DNA of 64,000 nucleotides, taken from assembly GCF_036373705.1 (NCBI RefSeq), contig NC_089863.1, positions 18,851,406-18,915,405 of the forward strand, given 5' to 3'. A model generated the notes under the pieces. The model saw nothing but the letters and a program-made list of their open reading frames with translations, searched no databases and had not been told where the DNA came from. The stretch is from Amia ocellicauda (lineage: Eukaryota). Shown here one piece after another: positions 1 through 11,567 of the stretch (position 1 is the first letter of the stretch; the number at the start of each line of letters is the position of its first letter). A program made the translations under genes and the position numbers.

Positions 1-44
1 TGATGTCTATTACAGCAAATATCACGGTTCTTTTAAATACTCAC

Positions 45-358
45 CAAACCACACCGAAAGCTCCATAGCCAATAGGACGGTCCGGTTCGACATCGGCCGG
101 GCTCGGAACCTCACTCCCGGGGTTACTGTGCTGCTGCGGAACCGCCGCTCCACCCCCGGTGCCTCCGCCGAGCGCGGGCAGGTGGCGAGGCGTCCCGGCC
201 GGGGCATTGGGCCCACTCGAGGACGGGGTCGCGCTGAGGCCTGTGGAAGCCCCCGCCGTCGAGGCGTTCGCCGGTATACAGAAGAATTTCGGGCCCAACT
301 CCGGGCCTCCGAACAAGTTGCCACAAACAGACTGGTGGCTTGTTCCGTGGAAAGCCAT
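45..358 (-). CDS. nlk: Nemo-like kinase, first coding exon (N-terminal low-complexity region up to the kinase Gly-loop); the CDS continues beyond the window start
   Basis: Minus-strand ORF from ATG 358-356 (aaaATGGct, Kozak-like). It ends ...SEVPSPADVEPDRPIGYGAFGVVW, which matches the NLK-specific motif EPDRPIGYGAFGVVW|SVTDP. A GTGAGT donor follows 'gtt tg', splitting the Trp codon. Confidence 0.7.
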
Positions 359-699
359 TTTAAAAAATAATATTGGAGACGGTCATTAAAAAAAGAAAAG
401 TTATTCAAAAAAATAAAATGTAAACAACGCGTCGTTCACGACACAATGTGAGGTAGCTTAAGCCAGCTTCCAGGGGAGACGTTACAAAACAGCAACCTCG
501 ATAAATTAAAACACAAAAATAAACTTAATAAAAACACAAAACAAACACCAATACCCTCAGATAATGAAACGCAAGACTCCCCGCTCTCTCTCTCTCTATG
601 ACGGCGACTATTCATAAATATGAAAACAAACCCCGACAATAACTTAAATCTTTAAAAAGAGCAACCAAAAAAAAATATTAAAAAATAAAAAAAATAAAG

Positions 700-1340
700 A
701 AGGTGTTTTTCATTTTCATCGGTAGGCGCTGTGGCCGTGCGGAGCCGCCGGACTCACGGCGACCTCAAATCGCTCCATTGTCTCCCGGCCGGAGACGGGG
801 CTGTGCGGCCGCCGAAAACGAGTTAAAAAAAAAAACCGAAAAAGACGAGGCGGCCCACGGCGACAGAAAGAAACGACACCCGAGCGGAGGTAGACTATCC
901 GGAGAGGGAAGGATGGAGGGAGACGAGGGAGAAAAGTGTCCGGGTCTCTCCGGGCTTTGTTAGAAGAACATACCGGGCTCAGGGAACTCAGACCACAGCC
1001 GGCTTTCCAGGCAGAGGAGGAAGCCGCCGTCCAGCACGCAGTTAGAAGCCATTATGATTATTTATTCATATTAAACTAAATATACTCCAATTAATCAGCG
1101 TACACCGAGCCCAAACCTGGGCAGCAGACCCCGGGCAGGATTTGTCAAGCAATGTCGTGGTTACACTACAAACCCCGTCCCCCGGAGGTCCATGATGAAG
1201 GTCGCCGAACCGTCCGCACAGATCCGCGGCCGGGGAGTGCGCTACACTGCCGCCGCCGAGCCCGTCCCCCCGTGTCCCGGGTAATCGATAAACCGGCTCC
1301 GGGAGTCGGCGATCGTTTCCGACATATAGGACCTGCCACT
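700..1340. promoter_or_regulatory. CpG-rich segment upstream of the nlk ATG (candidate nlk promoter / 5'UTR)
   Basis: High CpG density (ggccgtgcggagccgccggactcacggcgacc...). It lies 0.35-1 kb 5' of the nlk start on the minus strand. Confidence 0.3.
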
Positions 1341-2599
1341 GAGCCCCGCTGAGGAACAATGGTAGCTGGTGTGTTGTGAGTTGCACTGACAAATAAAGAT
1401 CACACGCACACACGCAGTCAGACGAGGTGCCGGTTATGCACAGTGTTAAAAAGCGCACCGATTAAAACTGAGGGATTGCCGGACTGCTCGGCTTCACATT
1501 CTTTCTGTTTTTCTTTCTCTCTAATCATGTGGCGTGCATTCTCTCTCTTTCTCTTTCTGATCAGCTGTTTGGGAGAGTGGGGGAGGGACGGGGGGGTGGC
1601 TAGAGAGCCAGAGAGAGTAGTGTAACGGAGCGGCCGACTTCAGAGGGAGGGGGGGAGGGGAAGGAAAGACAATAGGGGAGAGTGACGAGTGCTCTAACCG
1701 TGTTATAGCACAGGAAATACAGTCTGCTACTGTGCTCTGTGCCAGCTCGTCATGCCAATAAAGCTCGTTTTGAATTGCAGTGTGAAGGACGATGGAAGTA
1801 ACACACTACTGCCAATTGTAATCCAGCTCTAGCAGTTTATGGTGGGACAGACACGCACCCCTACCTGGAAGTGGGTTTGATTAGGACGTACCGGCTCGTC
1901 CCCCCGTGGTCATGCCCTCCTCCAGCTTGACTTCCACAGCCTTAATCAAATTGATCGGCCTCAAGTGACTGAAATTGGCCCGTGGCCCTCTGCAAGTCCT
2001 AGCATTGGGATTCTCCCATCCAGACAAATATGGCAACCAAGCAGAATCGAGCGGCACCATGGACTGAGACATTAATGTCCTAACCAACGTCAACTGCAAC
2101 AATCAGAGCTCTGCAACCCACAGGGCCGCACAGGGACTCTCCTCACCCACTGAAGAAGGACTTTGTAATATTAAGAGTTTGAAATTCAGTTTACCTGCAT
2201 GTCCCCCCCCCCCCACTTACCCATATGGAATTGTTTTAAAGCCATTGTGTTTTTATATACACACACACACACACACACACAAGAATACAGCATTCAAAGT
2301 GTGGATCACTGATTGAGCAGATGAACTGAAAGAGTTTGATGCATCTCAAAACAAACCCCAATTAAAATTAAGTGTCTCAGATGGGTTGGAGACCTTAATA
2401 GAATCAGACGGGTCCAAATGATTAAAAACGAGGTCAATATCTTCTCTCCCGCACCACCCGTAGCAATGAGACGCTGAAGCACAAAACAGACACAGCCACT
2501 GAAATCTGCTAGAAAACCAGCAGTGTAGCACCGTGGGATTGAGTTTATTTATTCATTTATGGACATTTCTGGATAAAAAGCCTGCTGTACAATGGTGGT

Positions 2600-2620
2600 G
2601 GGGGGGGGGGGGGGGGGGGG
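2600..2620 (+). repeat. G21 homopolymer (a C12 tract lies at 2203-2214)
   Basis: Read directly from the sequence. Confidence 0.9.
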
Positions 2621-3195
2621 TGGTCCAGGAGTCAGACTGGAGTGGGGGTCCACCCTCAGGTCGCCAACACCTCTAGGGCCCAGAGTCGTCAAAAATCACT
2701 CCACGGTCAGAGAGGGACAGACGGAGGGGAAAATAAGTATATAAAACCAAAAAATAAAAAAAAAAGCCCGGATGCATTCTACATCAGAAGTAGCGGTCCA
2801 GGGTCCGAGGCAGTCTCTCCGTGGGGTGCGCCGGACACACCGCAGTCCGGGTCTTACAGTCCGTCCTCTCATCCCTCTCTCGGTTTGGGGGTTAACTCCA
2901 AAGTGTGCAGGTGCAGATTTCAGTGTCTCGAGCGAGTGTGTTGGGGGAGCATGAGTCTGTCGGTTGTATATGGAGGAGGGTGTCAGTGTCAAATGTTTAG
3001 GACCGTCTGTCGAATGTGTGTGTGTGTGTGTGTCGGTCTGTCCATTCGGGGTGTACAGTACATGGCCAGTGCGTCGGTACGGCACGGCATTGGTCAGCGT
3101 CAGGCTCGGTGCGTACTCTTGGTACGCGTGTCGTCATATCACTCAGGTGGGCGTCTCAGTCGGTACAGTGTTGTTCAGTCGGTGGCGTGCGCATC

Positions 3196-3226
<31 letters not shown>

Positions 3227-3945
3227 GCTAGGCCGGCCTCTCTAGTGGCTCCTGGTACCACAGTACCCGGGCTGGATCTGTGGAGGAAGCAGAGATCAGA
3301 TCAACCCATTTTGTACCACAGACTCTTCTTGGGAAGCCAACACTAGAACAATGGAATAGAAACTTCACCCTCTTAGTGGTCCCTGGGAGCAACGCATATT
3401 TAGTTACTGTACATTAAAACAGTTGTGCATACTCAACTATACAATGTAACATACCGAAATTCAATAATTCCAGCAAAAGTAATAAGCTCATTATACAACA
3501 GTCGCTTGAAGTCGATTCGGGCTGTACTTCCTAAACAGAGTGATTACTGCAGACGCATGTGATCACATAGCACAGTGAACTCCGATTGGCTGAAGAGAGG
3601 GAAGTGAAAGGCATAGTGTCACCTGACCAGTCAGTGCGATTCTGCGTTTAGTTTTTGGGCGTTGCTAAATATCTAGGTTAGCTGGGGATGCGGTAAGCAT
3701 CGGCATTGTGTTGGTTTGGTTTTTAAGCCCTTACACACAATCTTAAACCGAGTTACTCTGATCTGTGGGGGGCGAGAAGGGCTGCGGGCTTCAGTTCAGA
3801 CGGTGTACTCACCTCTCCTGTGTGCAGTGCAGGCCCGCTCCCATTCTGAAACACAGAGCACACAGTCAGCACACAGCACCACACGACACACACAGCAACC
3901 TGCGCTTCAACTGTCGCACACAGACCAGCGGGGGACGGGACTCAC

Positions 3946-4798
3946 CGTAGCTGTGGTAGCGCAGGGCCTCCACCAGGTGGCGACAGCTCAGCAGCAGCTC
4001 CCCGGAGCTCTCGGCCCCCTTCCCCGCCTCCTCTGGCAGCCGGCCAACGGGCAGCAGGGGCTTGGCCGGGGCCAGCCTGTCAGAGTCCGGGGTGCGGGGG
4101 GCGGGGGGCGTGTCGGGGACTGCGACGCAGCCGAACTGGGGAAGGGTGGCAGCCGGGGAGGAGCGCAGGCTGGGGGGGGAGGAGGAGAAGGAGGAGGAAG
4201 AGGAGGACGGCGGAGAGGGGGAGGAGGAGGAGGAGGGCGGTTGGGGGGCAGGGGGGCCGTCGCTGATGAAGCTGAGCCCCCACTGGTTACGGAGCAGGGC
4301 CCCCAGACTGGCAGGCTCCCCCTGCCCGCCTCGTCCGGCCCCCTTCACCTTGGAGGCGTAGCTCACAGTAGGCTGCAGCTTGGCTGGACTGTCCTGAACG
4401 GGGAACGAGGGGGGGGGCTTTAGCAAGGTCCAGGTCCCCCCCACCGCTATCTCGCCCTCTCTCTTGGGGGTCCCAGGGGGCGGGGGGCTGGCAGGCTGCT
4501 GGGGGGGCCCTCTTCTCTGGTGTCTCTCCAGGCCTCTGTCCGCGGGCCGGCCCCTGTACACCCACCGCCTTTCCCGGGTGGAGGTGTGCGGGCCGGCGGG
4601 GTGTCTGTGGGGGTAGGTGGGGGGCGAGCCGTGTTGTTTCGAAGACCCCCTCTCAGCGCATCCCCCACCGCCGCCGCCCCCCACCGGGGAGAGCCGGCGA
4701 TTGCGGATGTGTGGGGTGGCGGCCGGGGCCAGGGGGCCACGGTCGGACAGGGGATCCAACTCCGGGGCCGGGTCACACACACTGGGCTCCCAGGCACC
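3946..4798 (-). CDS. Unassigned internal coding exon (Pro/Ser/Gly-rich, about 284 codons) of a minus-strand gene
   Basis: The minus ORF 3866-4780 is bounded by a ctctccctcag acceptor (about 4799) and a tac g|GTGAGT donor (3945-3940). It is low-complexity, and all six frames are open in this GC-rich segment, so coding status is uncertain. Confidence 0.3.
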
Positions 4799-7359
4799 TG
4801 AGGGAGAGGAGGGAGGGAGTTAAAACAGGGCAGACACCCACTGGACATGGCAACACACTGACTGTGTTTATATAGACACCCTGACTTACTGGCACTAACA
4901 GTACTGGACTCCCACAGCGTCAGCAGCCTCCTGCCTTGTCTGCAGCAAAGGGAGGCAGACAGCCGATTAACTCCCCCCCCATACAGCCATTTCACAACGA
5001 CCCCCCCCCACACACACACAACACTGAGCACCAAACAGAGCACCCCCTAACACAGTAGAAGACCGATTAAATCACTTTCAAGTCCTATAGGTCAGATCAG
5101 TGGGATACAAACCCAAATCCCCTCCAGCTCCACAACTCATTCGCTGGCCCATGTTTTCCAGGCTGTAGATTATACAGACTGACTGAAAGGGCTGAGCTGG
5201 AGAACCGAGTGGACTGGGGCTCCAGAACCAAGGCTGAATAATAAAAGGGGTTTGCAGTGAAATGCAAGCACAAGCACCTGGCATTTGGAGCCACCCTGAG
5301 CACAGGCACATTACTCAGACGCCAGTAGAAGTGAACTCCACACTATATTTGCCTACATAAATCACTTGTTGCTCTCTTTTTAAATTTCAAAGCCATTGTA
5401 TCCTCTTGCAGGAAGGTGGCAATGGGACTTTAAATGGAAGCATTCCCTTCCACCCACTACTGTTAGAGCTCCCCCACTGGGATACAGAACCAGTTCTTCA
5501 ATGTAGCCTGGACGAGTGGTACAGCCCCACCCAGTTTTATGCGCAGTTTTGTCCATTAATTGGCCACTTTAACTTCTTTAGGTGTGGGGGAAACAAAACT
5601 AAAAACTCCAGACCTTATTCAAGCCACCTCCAAAGATGAGATTTTCTTCCTCACACTAAGGCTGGTTACGTCATTTTAAACTGTGGGAAAGTGCAATGTA
5701 TTGTATGGGAGGAAAGGAAGAGTTAAACGCCAAATGTGTAAAAGGTGTTGCATATACTCCAGCAATTTCTATGCAGAAACTTTTGAAAATGTACCCTCCC
5801 GAGGAGCGCATCGGGCAGGACCCGCAGGTTTGTTCAATTGTTTCCACGTCAGCGTTTAACATTGCTATGGAGTAGGCCTTTCCACTTATAAATAAGTATA
5901 TTGAATCATTCCGGGTTCTCACATGATTTGTTTTAGAGGATTGGATATAATGGTGATCAATACTAGCACCAGTTATATGCAGTAGGCTAGCTGTAGCAGT
6001 GCTATTGTATTTTTAGCAAATCCATTTACAGCTCAATCAAAGATCCTTAAGAGCATCACTCACGGGCAGAAATGTGTATATGCGCAAGAATCTCAGATTG
6101 CATCTTCTACTCAAGCAGCCGCTTATTGTTTTTCCCCCTGCGTCACACGCACATGTAAAATGTAATAAACTGATCAAAGTAAATCTGTATGTGTCCTTGC
6201 TGTTGCTGTGCGATTGCACATAGAAAGCCCACACTGAATACCTCACCAGAAACCCCCACCTGGGATGTATGGGCCGTTTGATCTGAGGGCAGGGCTAAGT
6301 CAAAATGTAATGAGTTAACAGTCAGATACCAGGAAAAAATCCCATGTTAATTAGAAGCTAAAAGGCTTAATAAATTGCCAAACAATTAAGTATGTTGTAC
6401 CAAAGCAAAACATTCCTTTGACTGTTTAAAGTCATGTTAGTGTAATCTACTCATTATAATACATTATTGCTTGTGGTCCCTTTGCCCATTTAAACAGGAT
6501 ACCCAGCAAAATCCCAAAACCGATGTCATGTAGATGAAAGTGCACCTGGGGCTGCCCAGTACCCTGAGAAAAACAGCTTGACTCCTGGGGTGAAGTCTCA
6601 AGGGGCAAAGTTCTGCACTGTGGCGAAACTGACCAAGAAATATCAATGCACTCCTGCAAACCTCTGTCCCAATTGAGAGAGTATTCTGGACAATGCGTGT
6701 TAAAAAAGCAAAGCAAGTAAAATAACCTGCCATAACAGATTGAGTTACATTTATTTCCCTATGCGTTTACTCCACTTGGAATCGAGCAGCACTATTAATC
6801 AGTCACCTATTAGGGGGTCGTCCAGGTGGTTATCGTGCAGGACGGTATCTTTCGCAAGTCTGGGGGGGTGGGGGGCACAAACTGAGCTGACAAACTTACC
6901 ACGACTCGCCCTAAAAGCAAAAGAGATCGGGGATCGGATGGGCAGACTGCAGTTACACAAAAAACGAGAAAAACCCATTGACACCAACAAACAAACGACA
7001 CATCTCAGGACGTAATCGATACAAACCCTTGGCCCGATTTCGAAACCGTCCACACAGCGGTTTAAACGCGGAATGGCTTCCTGGGATGCAATTTATTTTT
7101 AATTCACAATGAATCAGAGGCGTGTCTGTTTTTCGGGCAGTGGCATCACATTTGCGGTCAGCCTACTTTACTGGATTACAACTTCAATGTGGAGAAGAGG
7201 ATTTGAACATCATCCATTATTACAAATGAGAATTACCCGATTGTTTCTAATTAGTTTAAAAGGCGCATTGCTCGTCAGTGGTTTTTAGTCTGTGCCACCA
7301 AAAACACTCCGAGTTGTTCATTAAAACAAACCCAATACAGGCACGACCACAACTGCAGT

Positions 7360-8650
7360 GCGCAGCAGGCCGGGGTTACCCGAGCCCGGGGTTAGTACAC
7401 TGACCTACATACTGGAGCGGCGATGCCCGTCTGCGCCGCCAGAGCCCCGCACACACCGCGCTGCGCAGACCTGCCGGCTCCGCCAATGGGAGAGCGGGAT
7501 TGTGCAGATCCACGCAGCGCTGCGCCACACAAACCACCACAAACACAAACCGCTTCCGCCTCTCGGCCAGAGCAGGAAAAAGAAACCGAAAAGTCCATCT
7601 TTACCGAGAAACGCGGCCCGCAATAATATTCGGGGTCGTGATCCAAAAACCAATCCTAGCTCCACCTCGAAGCAGGCCTCAAAATGGTGCCAAGACACAA
7701 CAGCCACCGCACCGCCGTCCACACAGCGTGTAACAGGACCCAGGCGGCCAGGCTGGGGGCGCCGGAGCGGCAGTAACACCGCAGCCGAGCACCCCGGCTC
7801 CACTCGCTTCCATTTTAAACCTCGCTAGAAAATGTCACTTCCCCGCCGCCTTTCGCTCCCCGGTCCCCCGGTGCGAAGTGCGGCCAAGCGGCGGCGCTTT
7901 TCCGCCCCGAGTGAAGTTCACCCCCGGCAGAGAGTTCCAGAAAAGTTAGGCGGCCGGGCTGGTTCCCACAGAGCCGGGCGGCCGCTGCCATCGGCGCCAC
8001 TTTATCAACACCTTTCATCCCGTTTTCATTCGGGCGTCCGCGACTCCAGAGCCGGCCTCTGGATTAAAACGGACCCGGGGCGAGGGGTCTGCGTCCCCGA
8101 TGCGCTGGCCAAGTTGAACGGCAAATAAACACACCCAGAGATTACACAACACTACACACCAGCGCCGGCAAGTTGGCCGACGCGTTAAATAAGTTCATGT
8201 CCTTTTATACGTTACATAAAACCCCCGCCACAGCAGCGCTCGCACCGACGACAGCCTCCACAAAAAGTTTCGTCACCTCTCCGCCTCAGACACACAAACA
8301 CACGACCCCGTCCCCGCCGGGCGCAACTCGCCTGGCCGACGGACGGACGGGGAAACAAACGGGCCCGGTAGCTACCTGCTTTAATGTGCATCTTGGCGGG
8401 TTTCTGTGGTCCGAGGTGGGAGGCCGGGAATTCCGTGTTGTTGCGGTTGGTGTGCGCGTCTCGGCGAGAGGAGCGGAGGAATAGGCCAGAGCGGTACGGG
8501 CAGCCGCGTTGGAATCGAGAGGGGAGGCAGCGCTCCGCCCGGTTATAGAAGCGGCAGGAGGGGCGGGAGGGAGCGGGCGAGGGCGGGGATTCGGGCCTCT
8601 TCCGCTACGATTACATAAACCCTGCTGAGGTATGCGAGTGCGGGGAGACG
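7360..8650. promoter_or_regulatory. CpG island (about 1.3 kb) with a CCAAT box (ccgccaatggg, 7467-7477); candidate promoter of an unidentified gene
   Basis: CpG-dense and GC-rich, with no convincing coding frame. ORFs 7358-7828 and 8173-8484 look like GC-driven artefacts. Confidence 0.35.
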
Positions 8651-9230
8651 CCGCCGCTCACTGGCTGGATATAAACGGTCGCTTTTGTTAGCAACTCGGC
8701 CGATACGCAGGATTTGTGTCATTTACGGGTGTTTCTATATTAGTTATAGTGTGCGGCGTGACGTCCACCCTGACGCGCACAGTGAATTATTCAGTCCGTT
8801 CGCTGCCGTTAACTGCTCTATTTTTCAAACTTCAGTCTCTCTCACCCTGTCTCTGCCTGCCAGACCCGGCTCCGCCCCCTGCCTGTCCTCTGGCTCCGCC
8901 CCTGCGTCGGCTCCTCCAATCCGGGCTGCAGTCTGGCCGCCACACGTCCCGCCTCCCTCTCCTCACTGGCTCGCCCCTCCAGCCCGCGCATCGCCATTGG
9001 CTGCTCTGCCTGTCGCCCCGCCCCCTCGCCCGGCCCCATCTCTCCCACTCCCTCTCTCTCTCCCGCTTCACCTCCCATCCCATTCCTCCTCTCCCCCTCT
9101 CTCTCCCTCTATCCCCCCTGTGGGAGTGTCTGGCTTCTAGCGCGCCGCCGCAGATCTCCTTTTCTAGCACAGCCAATCCTCTGGCACCCACCCTGCCCTC
9201 CCACAAATCCACCAACTCTTCCCCTTCCTC

Positions 9231-10316
9231 TTCTGGAAGATCTCCCCACCATATCTTTTCTGGAACCACGGCAGAGAGGTCTGTCCCACTGCTCTTTGGC
9301 TCTAGAACGTCAGGACTCCTCACTTGTCTCTCAGCTGGATCCCATGTTTCCGGGCCTCTTGCCTCCTTGTTCTCTTCTGGAATGCCAGTCTGGAACATCT
9401 CTGGCTGGGGACACGGCCCAGCGTTTTTCTGTTCTAGAACCTCAGAAGCCCCTCTTTCTGCATCTTCCTCCTGCAGTTCCAGAAGCTCACTCCACAACAC
9501 CCCCCACTCCTTATCCCCTGTCTCTGTCTCTCTCCCAGTCCCCGGGCTGGTTTCCACGAGAACTTCGAGATCGTCCCTCCCTCCGTCCTCTCTCTCTTTT
9601 AAAACGTCGCTCTGGCTCTCCTCCTGTCCCCCACTCGGTTCTGGAACCCCCTCCGCTAGTAACCCTGTTCCGTCCTCTATCTGTTCCTGAAGCACTGGTA
9701 TCGCAGGCTGGTCTAGAGCCCCCCCTCCCAGTCCTCCCTCCTCTTGCAGTGTTGGTGTGCTCTTTGACTCCCTCTCTTCTACACTGCCCTCTTCTACCCA
9801 CCCCCCTGTCGCACCCCTACTCCCCGTCTTCTTTTTCTTTTTCTTCTTCTTATTTTCCTTTCCCTTCTCCTCCTCTCTCCCTCCCTCTCTGTCCAATCCC
9901 CACTCCTCTCCCTTTTCCCCTCTCTTCCCCCGCTTCTCCTCCCTCCCCACCCTCGGCCTCCCTCTGTCCCCACCTCCCTGAGCTGTGCTGGGCAGTTCTT
10001 CTAGACCCTTCTGCGATGGCCCCTGCCCTGCCTTGAGGGCCCTGCTTTTGCCCCCTGCCTTCCCCCTCCTCTCTATCTTCTGCCTCCCTTCTTTCTCTCC
10101 GTCTAAACTGAGGTTGCATGTTGTCAATACATCCCTCCCTCCCCCTCTTCCTCTTCTCTCCTGGGGCCACTTCTGTCTCTCTTTCTCTCCTCCCTCCTCC
10201 TCCCCTTCTCTCGCTTGTCCCTCTAGGGAATTCTGGGAAAGCCCCCTTCTCCTTTCTCCTCTTCGTCGTTCTAGAATGTCCAGTAAGGAACGCCCCCTTC
10301 TAGAGCACCTCCTAGT
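9231..10316. repeat. Decayed tandem array (units about 50-70 bp) embedded in CT-rich DNA. It carries at least 7 perfect and at least 5 one-mismatch TTCnnGAA palindromes (heat-shock-element-like)
   Basis: ttctggaa at 9231, 9258, 9375 and 9649; ttctagaa at 9432 and 10269; ttccagaa at 9477. Near-matches occur at 9299, 9389, 10000, 10229 and 10309. Confidence 0.5.
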
Positions 10317-11567
10317 CAGAGGCGAGCTACAGTGAGGGTGCAGGGGAGGGGGCTCCATAGTGAGGAGCAGCCTGAAATCCACCACAAATTCAACCACCCT
10401 ACCCCCTCCTACTCCTCTCTCCTGTCTCCAATCCCTCTTTCTCCCTCTCCCCCTCTCCCCCAGCCCCTGCCTCCCCTGTGCCCACCCCCAGACTGGCAGC
10501 TCTCCTCCCCTGCCCTCTCTCTGTCTCTCTGCCTCTGCGCTCCCCTCCTCCCCATCTCTCTCTCTCTGAGGGGCGTCAATCTGTCTGCCTGTCTCACTCC
10601 CTGGCCCAGCGCTACTGCTGGTCTCTTCTGAAAGACACACAGACACGCACTCAGACAGTAACACACAGTGACACACACAGTCATACACACAGACACTTAG
10701 TGAGGAACACACAGATATACAGACCTATACAATTACCCATTTAGACACACACACACCAGTCAGCCACACAAAGTAAAAGACAAATAGACAGACAGGCACA
10801 CAAACAGACAGACGAACAGATGGAGACACAAAAGCAAAACTCACCACAGTTTCCTACAGGAGGTCTCTGGCCACTCTCTGTCTGTCTCCCCTGAGGCCGG
10901 TCTTCAGTACAATCTTCTATTCTCTGCTCTGTGTCTATGTGTATGAACTGGTCTGTATCTGTGTGTATAGACTGGTCTATGTCTGTGCGTATAGACTGGT
11001 CTATATCTTTGTGTATTGGTTGATCTATGTCTGTGTGTATAGACTGCTCTGTATCTATGTGTACAGACCTCCTCTCTCTCTCCCACCCAGCCTCACTTCC
11101 TCTCTCTCCTCCCTCTGCCTCCCTCCCTCCTTCTTCTGTCACCTCTATCTCTTCTGCCTCTTGTCTCTCTCCTGGTCTCTGGCCGCAAGTCTCTGTCTCT
11201 CTCTCTCCCCCCCCCTCTTCTGTCTCTCTATCAGCTTCTCCTCCAGTCCCTCCCCCCATCCCTGCCCCATCCCCTTCCCTCTCTCCCCCCTTCCTCTCTC
11301 CCTCTAGGGCACCCTTCTCTTCTGCCTCGCCGCTCCTTGCCTTTGCCTCCCTCTCTCCGCAATTTCCCTCTCCCTCGCGCTGTCCTCCTCTCTTCCTCTC
11401 TTTCTCCCCCTCTCTCTTTGTGCCTTCCCCCCTCTCTCTCTCGGCTTCCAGGGCAGACAGCTCAGTGGTAGAGAGTCGGCAGATCTCTCTGGTCTGTCTC
11501 ACGATCTCCTCTACCTGTTTAACACACAGTTAACACACAGGAACAATTACTGACAAGAAACTCCAGT

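Noticed and set aside
2642-3346. 234-aa plus ORF and overlapping ORFs
   Set aside because: It spans (TG)n/(GT)n microsatellites (Cys/Val runs) and has no homology.
3716-5043. Additional long ORFs on both strands (3716-4423 +, 4447-5043 -, 4520-4801 +)
   Set aside because: The segment is GC-rich and six-frame-open. Only the 3946-4798 minus frame has flanking splice signals, and even that one is kept at low confidence.
8832-10712. 626-aa minus-strand ORF (and the overlapping 246- and 324-aa plus ORFs)
   Set aside because: It runs through CT-rich low-complexity DNA. The minus strand is a GA-rich purine strand that cannot encode stop codons. There are no splice signals and no domain-like sequence, only G/E/R/K-rich output.
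10741-11502. 253-aa minus ORF plus 122- and 168-aa plus ORFs
   Set aside because: Same CT/GA low-complexity artefact, and it includes a 24-bp tandem repeat (tatagactggtctatgtctgtg)n at 10930-11060.
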